Source of the DNA: a virus
Lineage: Duplodnaviria > Caudoviricetes
Virus record (IMG/VR): IMGVR_UViG_3300003886_000028
Location: 1-57,143 of that record
Direction: 5' to 3' (one strand)
Length of the DNA stretch: 57,143 nt
The notes under the pieces are model-generated. The model did no database searches and was not told the origin of the DNA. It was given only the letters and a program-made list of their open reading frames with translations. The position numbers were made by a program, and so were the translations under genes. Below, one piece after another: positions 45,859-54,602 of the stretch. The stretch's first letter is position 1, and every line of letters starts with the position of its first letter.

Positions 45859-46962
45859 TCACGTGCCCTTCTCATTTTTCCATTCCTCGGCATCTTCGAG
45901 GTCTTTGAAGTCCACCACACCGGCCCCCGCGCCATCGAATTCAGACACCCATTCGGTGGTGGATTGTTTGTTTGGTGCCGGGGCTGGGCTATCCGGAGTT
46001 ACCGTCCCCCTCGGACTTTCTCTTTGCTGGACGGGAGCACTGTCCGGCCCGCCACTCTTCGGTGTATTGGGTTTTACCTCGGGTGCTGGGGCGAAGCGTT
46101 TATCCCATTCCCGCTTTGCCGCATTGCGGATGTCGGGTTTGTCGGTGATGTTCTTCAGCAGCCAGGTGAGTTCGCGTTCATCCATTTCGGCGAACGCTTT
46201 GTCGAGCATCTTGCCCCTGGTACCGATCGGGCAGTGTGTGAGATGGGCACCGGTGTTGTATTGGCCCGTCTTCGGCTTACGCTGGCGCGCACTGGTTGAG
46301 TTGCCGCCTTTTTTTCTCGCCGCATCCCGCGCGACCTGGGCGAGGAAGTCGTCTTCGAACAATGCCGAGATGCCGGGCAGACGCAGTACCGCGTCGACCC
46401 GGGCGCGCTTGCACGCGATCTTCAGGGTGTTGTTGAGGTCGCCCCGGTGATCACCGCGGGTCGCAGCGCCCATACCTTCGGCTATCTTGTTCTCAGCACT
46501 GGCCAGTACATGGCACGTCATAATGACGTCCGAGATTTGTTTACCCGTCACCGCCGCCCTGATGTAGTCCTGGTAGCCCGTGTAGGTTGCTTCAAGTCCG
46601 AGCATTGCGAGTACTTTATCGGCGCCAGGGGCCCACAACGAGTTGTCTGACCAGTGATACGGCTCGCGTTTATAGCTGCAGGCCCATGGTTTTGGGCATT
46701 TATCCTTATTCGCGTGATGGATGCGCCCGAAGTCTTTGTCGGGGATCAGCATTTCACGCATAAATGAGGCGAGTTGGTCGTAGTTTTCCTGCCGCGATAT
46801 CAGTTGGTTCTTGAATACAACGGGTTCGGCCGCCAGCGGACTGAATGAGACTACCTGATTGGCGCCGGCACGTACTATGGCACCCGCCTTAGCGCCAGTA
46901 GGAATAGCTTCGGAATAATTTTCACCGTTTTTGACAATTTCGCCTTCGAGTTGAGTCACCAC
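45859..46962 (-). CDS. putative recombination/ssDNA-annealing protein
   Basis: DFG.I, L..PGA.K, NTLKIACKRA.VDA motif and low-complexity C-terminus. Confidence 0.5.
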   Translation of the reverse strand: MVTQLEGEIVKNGENYSEAIPTGAKAGAIVRAGANQVVSFSPLAAEPVVFKNQLISRQENYDQLASFMREMLIPDKDFGRIHHANKDKCPKPWACSYKREPYHWSDNSLWAPGADKVLAMLGLEATYTGYQDYIRAAVTGKQISDVIMTCHVLASAENKIAEGMGAATRGDHRGDLNNTLKIACKRARVDAVLRLPGISALFEDDFLAQVARDAARKKGGNSTSARQRKPKTGQYNTGAHLTHCPIGTRGKMLDKAFAEMDERELTWLLKNITDKPDIRNAAKREWDKRFAPAPEVKPNTPKSGGPDSAPVQQRESPRGTVTPDSPAPAPNKQSTTEWVSEFDGAGAGVVDFKDLEDAEEWKNEKGT

Positions 46963-47234
46963 GATATTCCCCGCTTGATTGATAGCAGGAGCGATGCTTC
47001 GACCACTAATCCTTCATCGACAGAATCCACAAAACCCACCTCAATGTCTTCGACATACGTCACTAAGCAATCGAGGTATGGTGGGCCTGAGCCTTGGCCT
47101 TCCAAATGAATTCGAAGGCACTTACCGCCCACAACTTTGGTGTCGGCTGGAACGATGAGCGTACGCTTTTGCGCCAGCATGATGGCCTGAAACTCGGCGG
47201 CATTGACGTGGTGCAGTGGGTTGCTCAGTTTCAA
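46956..47234 (-). CDS. hypothetical protein (possibly ASCH/DUF3850-like)
   Basis: TTG start overlapping upstream stop; weak resemblance only. Confidence 0.4.
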   Translation of the reverse strand: MKLSNPLHHVNAAEFQAIMLAQKRTLIVPADTKVVGGKCLRIHLEGQGSGPPYLDCLVTYVEDIEVGFVDSVDEGLVVEASLLLSIKRGISW

Positions 47235-47470
47235 TGTATTTCTCCCGATGCCGTCGACATCTCGATTGTCACGGGGGCGCCGTGACTGAGGTTTCGCACC
47301 ATTTCCGCCTCGTCCTTTCCAGCGAAGATGAAGATGTCGCCGACACCCCCCATATCCTCCAGTGAGCACTTGATTGGCTGACCTTTTTTGAGGCGTGCCA
47401 GATTCTCGTGTGAGAGTCCAAGCCCGTACACGGGGCGCCCATCCTTGGTTTCTCCCTTGAATTTAACCAT
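47231..47470 (-). CDS. hypothetical protein
   Basis: LGLS.ENL.RLK.G.PI motif. Confidence 0.6.
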   Translation of the reverse strand: MVKFKGETKDGRPVYGLGLSHENLARLKKGQPIKCSLEDMGGVGDIFIFAGKDEAEMVRNLSHGAPVTIEMSTASGEIH

Positions 47471-47471
47471 G

Positions 47472-47657
47472 CTAGGTTCCCATTGATATTTCGAGGTGAT
47501 CGATTTCGGCGTGTTCCATCATTGCGTCGTATTGCTCGCGTAGACAGTCCAGGCAGCACTGGCTGCGGGTTATCTCATCGATGGCGCAGGGCGTGCCGCA
47601 GTGCGCGCAGCGGGTAGTTAGGACTGCCACAGAATTTGTGTCCTTGCAGGCTTCCAT
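47472..47657 (-). CDS. small Cys-rich protein
   Basis: CxxC..CxxC. Confidence 0.45.
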   Translation of the reverse strand: MEACKDTNSVAVLTTRCAHCGTPCAIDEITRSQCCLDCLREQYDAMMEHAEIDHLEISMGT

Positions 47658-48040
47658 CAGCTATTCCGCCTAATTCTGAATATTTTATCGAGGTCGGCTG
47701 ACGTGACGGTGTGCTTCGCCAGCGGCAGGCCGCAATCGGAACAACTGTCGTCGTGTTCTGGGTTCCACACGAAGACGTGTCGCATCCGCTCGTTTTTGGA
47801 AAACCCTTCAAGCCGCTGGTATTCGTTCTGCCCCCCGCCGAGTTCACCGATCAGTTCGCACGAGGTAAGCAAGCTCTCGTATTCGGCCCGAACCACGGTG
47901 ACCTCTGTCAGGGTTGGATTTTCGATAACGAGGTTTTCCTCGATGAATGCGAGGGTTGCCTTCTCGAGGGCACTTATCATCGAGTCAGCTATCCACACCA
48001 GAGCATAGCTGTCGGAGGTAATCAGATACGCGTTAGCCAT
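47657..48040 (-). CDS. hypothetical protein with C-terminal His/Cys knuckle
   Basis: AGGAG RBS; H.F...C..CG...H. Confidence 0.6.
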   Translation of the reverse strand: MANAYLITSDSYALVWIADSMISALEKATLAFIEENLVIENPTLTEVTVVRAEYESLLTSCELIGELGGGQNEYQRLEGFSKNERMRHVFVWNPEHDDSCSDCGLPLAKHTVTSADLDKIFRIRRNS

Positions 48041-48314
48041 TATTTTTCTCCTGAATAATCAGCGATGCCCGATTGATTTTTCTCATTGCGCCGCGCTTTG
48101 TAGCGGTAATGCAACTGTACCCACCCTCAAGCCGTATAAACCAAAGCCAGCGCTTGCAAAGGACAATTACAAACTTAGTCCAGGTCTGGTTTGGCCACCC
48201 AAAGCCGTTGCGGAGTTGCCAGCGCCGGCGGTCGCTGACACGCACCTTAGTTAGCCGGTACTTGACGCCATTACGCGAACCCAGTTCGGTGAATCTCAGT
48301 ACTTTTGACTTCAC
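48033..48314 (-). CDS. basic hypothetical protein
   Basis: coupled ORF. Confidence 0.5.
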   Translation of the reverse strand: MKSKVLRFTELGSRNGVKYRLTKVRVSDRRRWQLRNGFGWPNQTWTKFVIVLCKRWLWFIRLEGGYSCITATKRGAMRKINRASLIIQEKNNG

Positions 48315-48323
48315 GGGCGATCC

Positions 48324-48593
48324 TCAGACCCGGCTCGGGGGTGGTACGCCAAGGGCATCAGCAATTTCAGTGACATTCCGGCGGCGAGGCACATATGGGG
48401 ACTGGTCATCGTGCTTGCCCACGCAGGTCGGGGTGTTGCGCATGTCTTCGGCCCACGCCTGAAAGTCCGCCATCAGCGTTTCCGCGGGGAGTTGCCCGGT
48501 TTCCAGGGTGAAGCAGGACACGAGCTCGTTGAGGGCGCGACTCAATATGGAATGGCGCTCCTGCATGTTTTTCTCAGAATTTGGTTTCGGCAT
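48324..48593 (-). CDS. hypothetical protein
   Basis: GAGGA RBS. Confidence 0.55.
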   Translation of the reverse strand: MPKPNSEKNMQERHSILSRALNELVSCFTLETGQLPAETLMADFQAWAEDMRNTPTCVGKHDDQSPYVPRRRNVTEIADALGVPPPSRV

Positions 48594-48595
48594 GT

Positions 48596-48868
48596 CTATT
48601 CCTCTTCACGTAAAAATGCATAGAAATCATCTAGGACGGCGTCCAGCGCATCAATGCAACACCCCAATTCGTCGATGGAGGATTGTTTCTCTGAGCCTGC
48701 AGGACCTCCTCTATATCGATAGTCCTTTGCCAATAGAGCCTCTTGGGCGCGAGACTCCTCGCCCCGCAGCCGATGAAGGCCCGTGGTATCAATGTGCGCC
48801 ACGATGCGCCTCAGCGCTGCTTTACGCATCCGGTCCATCTCCAGCAGCAGCCTCAACAAGTTGGGCAT
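48596..48868 (-). CDS. hypothetical protein
   Basis: packed in the operon; start uncertain. Confidence 0.5.
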   Translation of the reverse strand: MPNLLRLLLEMDRMRKAALRRIVAHIDTTGLHRLRGEESRAQEALLAKDYRYRGGPAGSEKQSSIDELGCCIDALDAVLDDFYAFLREEE

Positions 48869-49010
48869 AGCTCATAAATACCCGGTTACCGTCACGAATG
48901 ACCTGGTACTTGCCGTCTAAGACGCGGCGATCAAACGTTGCGCGTGAAATACCGAGTTGTTTCAAACACTCACTCACCGAATATCGCAGTTTTTGCTCTG
49001 GTTTGCCCAT
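48822..49010 (-). CDS. excisionase/AlpA-like HTH protein
   Basis: YSV.E..KQLGISRATF.RRV..G; GGAGAGG RBS. Confidence 0.7.
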   Translation of the reverse strand: MGKPEQKLRYSVSECLKQLGISRATFDRRVLDGKYQVIRDGNRVFMSYAQLVEAAAGDGPDA

Positions 49011-49111
49011 GAACCTCTCCGTAACGTGGTGTTATTATGATGCGTATTGAGGTACTATGCAAGTTATAAATAAAACCCACCGTTTCATTATTGCTCGTGG
49101 AGAATACCGCC

Positions 49112-50356
49112 GTGATTAAAAAATTGACCAACAAACAGAAAAGCACATTTTCACATTACATACGCAAATGGACCGCCATCGGGTTATCAACAGATCGCAT
49201 TAATAGAAAAAAACACAACCACGCGATTAACGGCGTCTATGCATTGGCTGGGTTAGGTTGCCCGAAAATTATTTATACACCGTGTCCTCTTAGTGCGGCT
49301 TTGGCAGCAGCCATTTATGCTAAGTATGTAAACGATAGTTCAAACTCAGCGGTGGAATCAGCGGTGAACTCAGCGGTGGAATCAGCGGTGGAATCAGCGG
49401 TGAACTCAGCGGTGGAATCAGCGGTGGAATCAGCGGTGGAATCAGCGGTGGAATCAGCGGTGAACTCAGCGGTGGAATCAGCGGTGGAATCAGCGGTGGA
49501 ATCAGCGGTGCACTCAGCGGTGCACTCAGCGGTGCACTCAGCGGTGGAATCAGCGGTGGACTCAGCGGTGCGCTCAGCGGTGCGCTCAGCGGTGCGCTCA
49601 GCGGTGAACTCAGCGGTGGAATCAGCGGTGGAATCAGCGGTGCGCTCAGCGGTGCGCTCAGCGGTGAACTCAGCGGTGAACTCAGCGGTGGAATCAGCGG
49701 TGGAATCAGCGGTGGAATCAGCGGTGCACTCAGCGGTGATCAGGTTCCAGTCTTATTTGTGGGGCAATCAATGGGCTGGTTATGCTGCGTGGGGAGAATT
49801 TTTCCGCGACCAATGTGGTGTTGACGTAAATAATGACTGTCTGTCGATGATGAGAAATGGCCACTATATATGGCCATTTAAGAATGTTTGTTTTGCGTCA
49901 GAAAAACCAATAGCAATTCACACGGATGATCAGGGCCGCAGTCACTGCGAAAATGGCCCCGCGGTGGAATACGAATCCGGTTGGGGCGCGTATTGCTGGC
50001 ACGGTACGAACATTCCGCCAGAATGGGTGTTAGATAAACCGCCTTCTGCTGCTGCAGCCATTCGTTGGAAAAACATGGAACAACGCCGCGCCGCCTGCGA
50101 AATTGTTGGCTGGGTTAACATCCTGGAACAACTGAACGCCAGAGTAATCGACAAACACATCAATCCTATGGTTGGCGAACTCTTAGAGGTTGATATTCCC
50201 GATGTTGGCCGCGAGAAATTTCTCAAGGTCATGTGCGGAACTAATCGTGAATTTGCATTACCTGTACCCCCAGAAATGAAAACCGCGGAGGAAAGCCAGC
50301 GTTGGCTGAATTTCGTGCCTGATAATATTGACTTTTTACCAGAGGTGAGAACATGA
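49112..50356 (+). CDS. DUF6745-domain protein with xSAV tandem repeats
   Basis: W..IGLST, SEKP..IH.D..GR.H.ENGPAV.Y.SGW..Y.WHG, N.EQRR; GGAGA RBS before GTG 49112. Confidence 0.8.
   Translation: MIKKLTNKQKSTFSHYIRKWTAIGLSTDRINRKKHNHAINGVYALAGLGCPKIIYTPCPLSAALAAAIYAKYVNDSSNSAVESAVNSAVESAVESAVNSAVESAVESAVESAVESAVNSAVESAVESAVESAVHSAVHSAVHSAVESAVDSAVRSAVRSAVRSAVNSAVESAVESAVRSAVRSAVNSAVNSAVESAVESAVESAVHSAVIRFQSYLWGNQWAGYAAWGEFFRDQCGVDVNNDCLSMMRNGHYIWPFKNVCFASEKPIAIHTDDQGRSHCENGPAVEYESGWGAYCWHGTNIPPEWVLDKPPSAAAAIRWKNMEQRRAACEIVGWVNILEQLNARVIDKHINPMVGELLEVDIPDVGREKFLKVMCGTNREFALPVPPEMKTAEESQRWLNFVPDNIDFLPEVRT
49343..49738 (+). repeat. 33 x 12-bp coding tandem repeat NNN-TCAGCGGTG
   Basis: invariant 9-mer; variable codon GAA/AAC/CAC/GAC/CGC. 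Confidence 0.95.
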
Positions 50357-50688
50357 AAACTTTTAAAGGATTATACGTAGCACAAGGCGATCTGAACATA
50401 TTCTCAGTAAGCGAAATCCCCAACCGCTTGACAGAAAAGCCAGCAGAAAACGGTCAGCATACGCTGGCTCACAGTGAGACAGGCCACCACCACGTCATTG
50501 ATGGCAACACTGTGCGCGTCTACGAGCAAGATGAATTCATTTCTTTTATCGATGTCGAGGAAAAATCAAATGTTGTGCATCTGCGTGGTTTCGATACACA
50601 CGAAACGATAGTTCTGCCACCGGGTAAGTATCGCGTCTCGCGACAGCGCGAATACACAGCCGAGGGATTTCGCTTAGCCGCCGACTAA
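50353..50688 (+). CDS. His-rich partner of the DUF6745 protein
   Basis: QGD, LAHSETGHHH, H.TI.LP.G.Y.V.RQREY; overlaps the DUF6745 stop. Confidence 0.8.
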   Translation: MKTFKGLYVAQGDLNIFSVSEIPNRLTEKPAENGQHTLAHSETGHHHVIDGNTVRVYEQDEFISFIDVEEKSNVVHLRGFDTHETIVLPPGKYRVSRQREYTAEGFRLAAD

Positions 50689-50699
50689 GGGAGGTACCT

Positions 50700-50876
50700 A
50701 TGGACCTGATCGACTGGATCTTTATCGTTGTGTTGGGCTGGCTAATTGGCGATGCCGCTGGGTTTCTGAGGAGAGCGGATAACTGGGGCGCCCGTATCAT
50801 TTCGGGCAGCCTGATATTGCTCTGGGCCTGGCTTATTCTGGCGTTGTTACACCGAGCCTCGGAGGTGGTGTTTTGA
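50700..50876 (+). CDS. small 2-TM membrane protein (58 aa, not in ORF track)
   Basis: GGAGG RBS; MDLIDWIFIVVLGWLIG...ILLWAWLILALL. Confidence 0.7.
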   Translation: MDLIDWIFIVVLGWLIGDAAGFLRRADNWGARIISGSLILLWAWLILALLHRASEVVF

Positions 50877-51106
50877 GCCTACTCAGTGAGCAAGAGAAAT
50901 TCGCGCGAAAAAACTGGACGCGGGATACGGAGGGTAACTACATCGATTGGACCCAGCCGCCCTTCTATGTCCGCGGTGTGCTGCATTTCATGCTGCCCGG
51001 TGAAACTTCGATTGATTTTGAAACGCTGGGGAAGCGAACCCAGGAGTATATGAAATTGACACGCCACCGAATGACGCGTAGAAATAAAAACGGCCCAGCA
51101 CTGTGA
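50873..51106 (+). CDS. hypothetical protein
   Basis: GGAGG RBS, TTG start overlapping upstream stop. Confidence 0.6.
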   Translation: MSLLSEQEKFARKNWTRDTEGNYIDWTQPPFYVRGVLHFMLPGETSIDFETLGKRTQEYMKLTRHRMTRRNKNGPAL

Positions 51107-51121
51107 AGGAGCTGGGCCGTT
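51084..51121 (-). terminator. intrinsic terminator (U-tract on minus strand)
   Basis: AACGGCCCAGC...GCTGGGCCGTT with adjacent A5 on plus strand. Confidence 0.65.
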
Positions 51122-51170
51122 AGAAGAAGCCAAGAAATATCTTAGGGATATTGGCTACCTGCGCAGATTG

Positions 51171-51198
51171 ATTATACCAAATCCGCAGATGCCCGCAA
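51171..51198 (-). promoter_or_regulatory. sigma70 extended -10 promoter
   Basis: TTGCGG-N16-TATAAT with TGn extension. Confidence 0.6.
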
Positions 51199-51457
51199 CC
51201 CGAAACACAACATCTAGTGCTTGTTCTCGTACCCGATACGAAAATAATGGGGTTGAAGCGTGCCTGCTCGGATTAAAGCGCTATCTGGTTCACCGGTCCT
51301 GCGCCCATCTGACCGCCAGCTGATATGGAATCTGTCGAGAGAAGAGGACTTGAGTACTCCGCCAGCCCTGCCTGCCGAGGAAAGAGGGCTAATAGTCTCT
51401 GAGATTTATGAAATCAGCCTAATAATACTGGCTTGCGGTTATTCGGAAACCGTCAAA

Positions 51458-51569
51458 TCAAGGATCGATTTTGAGTAGGAAACGCTCCTCCACCTTCACC
51501 TTCAGGTCGGCCTTATTGGTTATCGCGTAGATACCAATGCCATAGTCGCGGCAAACCCGCCAGTTTCAT
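51458..51569 (-). pseudogene. possible GIY-YIG endonuclease remnant
   Basis: GIYAITNKADLKV then KVEERFLLKIDP*, out of frame with its ATG. Confidence 0.35.
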
Positions 51570-52783
51570 TCTTCGGCGTAGAAACAGCGGAGGCAAATGA
51601 ATTCCTGATTGTGGATCGCCGCAGTTGTCGCAATGCTGACCGCCTCTTTGCAATCCCTACAGAGCGGATCAATGTCTGCGATGCGTTTTTTCACCAACGT
51701 ATCCTGGACCGGCTCGCACACCGGCAATACGTCAAACCGTAATTGTTGCTGGCGCAGACGGTCACGCTGAAACTCCAGGTACTCTGGGTTTAGATCAATC
51801 CCGAGCCATTTTCGCCCTAACTGCTCCGCGACCTGGGCGACAGTACCGGACCCCATAAAGGGATCAAACACGACGTCGCCAGGCCTTGAGCCGGCGAGAA
51901 TGCAAGGTTCAACCAGCTTTCTGGGAAATGTGGCGAAATGGGCTTCGGAATACGGCTCGCTTGCGATAGTCCAGACAGTACGTTTGTTACGACTCTCTAC
52001 AAGCCCAGATACTGCGGCTGAAAACGATTCGTTTTGTTTGTTGCGCCCGCCCGCGCCACGACCAAACTTAGTGGAATCCCGCAGACCCTGTTCGGCGCGG
52101 CCCGTATCTTTTGGGCCACGATTCGCATGCTTCAGCGTTGAGTGAGCGCCTTTGCCCACATCCCAACCACTGACCGCCTTCGGGTTTACCCCATCGCCAC
52201 GAGAATGCGCCCCGCCTGTCACCGGTTCCTTGATGGCATCCGCGTCGTAGTAGTACCGCGGTGACTTGGTTAGCAAGAACAGATGCTCATGCGCTTTGGT
52301 GCAGCGATCGGTCACGGATTCTGGCATCGGCGCCGGCTTGTTCCAGATGATTTCCTGCCGCAGATACCAGCCGTCGGCCCGCAACAGCAGCGCCAGCATC
52401 CACGGCATGCCGACCATGTCCTTTTGCTTTAATCCGGAACGCCGCTTCTGGCGACCCGCGCGCTGGCGCGTAGATTTTGGTAGGTATGCGTGCTTTCCTC
52501 CAGTTTTCCCGCCAGACTTGCCATCGGTCGCATAGCTATCCCCCATGTTGAGCCACAGCACGCCGTCATCCGCCAGCAACTCTCTGACCAGTCGTAAGAC
52601 ACCCCGCATCCTAGTCAGGTAGCGTATTGGCGTGCGCTCCAAACCTATCTGCCCGGGAACGCCGTAATCTCGTAGTCCCCAATAGGGAGGCGAGGTGACG
52701 ACACACTGGACCTTAACGCCGGCCGCAATCATTTCACGCATCACGGTCCGGCAATCGCCTATATGGCAGGTACCCGTGGTCAC
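51566..52783 (-). CDS. N4/N6 DNA methyltransferase, beta class
   Basis: TSPPYW near N-terminus; HFATFP, DPFMGSGT near C-terminus. Confidence 0.92.
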   Translation of the reverse strand: MTTGTCHIGDCRTVMREMIAAGVKVQCVVTSPPYWGLRDYGVPGQIGLERTPIRYLTRMRGVLRLVRELLADDGVLWLNMGDSYATDGKSGGKTGGKHAYLPKSTRQRAGRQKRRSGLKQKDMVGMPWMLALLLRADGWYLRQEIIWNKPAPMPESVTDRCTKAHEHLFLLTKSPRYYYDADAIKEPVTGGAHSRGDGVNPKAVSGWDVGKGAHSTLKHANRGPKDTGRAEQGLRDSTKFGRGAGGRNKQNESFSAAVSGLVESRNKRTVWTIASEPYSEAHFATFPRKLVEPCILAGSRPGDVVFDPFMGSGTVAQVAEQLGRKWLGIDLNPEYLEFQRDRLRQQQLRFDVLPVCEPVQDTLVKKRIADIDPLCRDCKEAVSIATTAAIHNQEFICLRCFYAEE

Positions 52784-52967
52784 TGATCCGGGTACTCACG
52801 GACCTGCAGGGCGGTCGTAAACGAAACGAAATTGTTGTATTTATGCCAGTTTGCTTGCAATCCTTGTTTCATGAAAATGGCCCTCCATTCGCTCGGCAAT
52901 CATTGAGTATGCCCGTGCACCACTGAGGTTCCATGGGCCTTGGGGTGTATCCTGATTTGTCGCTCAT
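52780..52967 (-). pseudogene. collapsed DUF5131 (Gp37/Gp68-like) gene
   Basis: MSDKS fused to RPMEPQW..I..C, frameshift, then FMKQ...LQVREYP. Confidence 0.55.
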
Positions 52968-53038
52968 TTTAATTACCAATGTTTTGGAAGTTAGACGGCC
53001 ATCGAAGCAGAAAGACTCCATAGTGTTTTTTCAAAAAA

Positions 53039-53810
53039 TTAGCCCCTCTTGACTCGTTCAAACTCGATAACCCACACCCAAGGATTCGAGTCCCAGCCAT
53101 GGCCACGATTGTGGTTGAGTCCGTCCCATAGGCTCGCAAAATATGCCCGCAACAAATCATCCGTGACGTTGGCCCCGGTCGGGCCTCTAAATGCCGTAGC
53201 AGTTTCGTTGCTGATGTAGTCGCAGGGCGGAAAATTGCCCGTGTGGTTCAACAACTGGCCACCCGCTTCTCTTGAAACAGGAATCCGCACACCCTCGGCG
53301 ATACAGGCCATCGGCGTGATGTCCTGCAACCGCTCGACGCGCACTGACGTTACTTCGAGTAGCAGGCGGCAAGCCCATCGCGGCATGTGAATCGACGGCC
53401 GCCAGCAAAAATCACCTTGGCTCGGCTTGCCGACTCCCCACTGATAGTCGTCGGCTAGATTAGCCCGGTATACCAGTCGGTCGCCTTTCTGTGGTTTGCG
53501 GCCGTTCTTGCATCGTGGGTGATCGGCATTTAATGATCCCCATGTCTCCCGCACCCACAAAACAGTACCCGGCGCGCCGTATGGGCACTTAAGGCCCCAT
53601 TCACCAAGCTCATCATATATTCCAAAAACATCAGGATCAGGCCGCTCATCGCCAAACCTGTCGTAACCTGTCGGTGAATAGAATTCAGGTCCATAAAATA
53701 ACTCATCAACATCTGGCTGGAAACTAAGCACACGCCGGGTCTGAGTTTTTTGTCCGGCAAGAATTGCTCGCACCATTGGTGCCGATAAAGAGTATGGGTT
53801 TTTCGCCCAC
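53039..53810 (-). pseudogene. ASCH-like MVRAIL..KTQTRR protein with a +1 insertion near the start
   Basis: GTG 53810 gives MGEKPILF; removing one nt (~53786) restores SAPMVRAIL; also LWVRETW, PSIHMPRWA, NPWVWVIEF. Confidence 0.75.
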
Positions 53811-53883
53811 CTACAATCTCTCCTTCTTCGTAGTAACTATCTCGCCATGCAACAAGAGGTCGATAGGGCTGATTTTGACGACG

Positions 53884-54129
53884 TCACCCATCATCGTCTC
53901 CAGCCTCAAGCGAGGCGTTATGCAGGTCAACAATATGTTGGGCAAATTCACCCCTATCGGGCGGCTCGGTGTCATAAATTTCGGCCCACTCGTCGCTTTC
54001 CATAAAATCAATTATTGCCATTCCGACATACGGGTCTGGATTGCCGGCGACGATATATGGCTGCATGTTCGTGGGTAGCCATGGTGCGCCAACCACGTAC
54101 CAGCGCTGCTTTAGAGTTTCGTGAGCCAT
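53884..54129 (-). CDS. hypothetical protein
   Basis: GGAGG RBS; A.HIV.LHN motif. Confidence 0.6.
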   Translation of the reverse strand: MAHETLKQRWYVVGAPWLPTNMQPYIVAGNPDPYVGMAIIDFMESDEWAEIYDTEPPDRGEFAQHIVDLHNASLEAGDDDG

Positions 54130-54392
54130 TACGTGTCCTCCTCAATCGTTCTGGCCTTGGTGCCGAAGAAATCGGCCGGTATCGAGACGCCCTTTGCCTG
54201 CCCCAGCACAACCAGGGGGCCGCGGTAATCGAATGGAATGCCGCGGCGCATCCAATTACTCACCGCCTGCGACGACATTTCTTTACCCATATGCTCGTTT
54301 ATCGCCCGCGACACTGCAGTCGGGCCACCGTAATCAGCAATCAGCTTGACGTGGGCTTTCAGTTCTTCATCCGTGGTGGCTAGGCGCGGCAT
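54129..54392 (-). CDS. Cro-like HTH regulator
   Basis: GG.TAVSR.I...S.QAVSNW.RRGIP; GGAG RBS before ATG 54392. Confidence 0.75.
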   Translation of the reverse strand: MPRLATTDEELKAHVKLIADYGGPTAVSRAINEHMGKEMSSQAVSNWMRRGIPFDYRGPLVVLGQAKGVSIPADFFGTKARTIEEDT

Positions 54393-54461
54393 AAATCTAT
54401 CTCCATTGAAGTGGGGCGTTTTGGGACATCTCGCGATATTTGGCGCCAACATTGACTGCGA

Positions 54462-54497
54462 TACAGTTTGACTGTAACCCCATGTTACACTCATACT
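54462..54497. promoter_or_regulatory. divergent promoter/operator region
   Basis: TACAGT-N3-ACTGTA and TGTAAC-N5-GTTACA palindromes overlapping TTGACT-N18-CATACT. Confidence 0.5.
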
Positions 54498-54602
54498 GTT
54501 TTTTTTACTACATTTCACTGGCCAGGTGAGAATAAAGACTTCTCATCATAACCGTTCGCGGCGGTCAGTAATTTGTCCTTGGAACAATCATCAGGAAATA
54601 GT

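Noticed and set aside
49343-49738. CRISPR array
   Set aside because: 9-nt constant part with 3-nt 'spacers', in frame within a CDS, and no cas genes.
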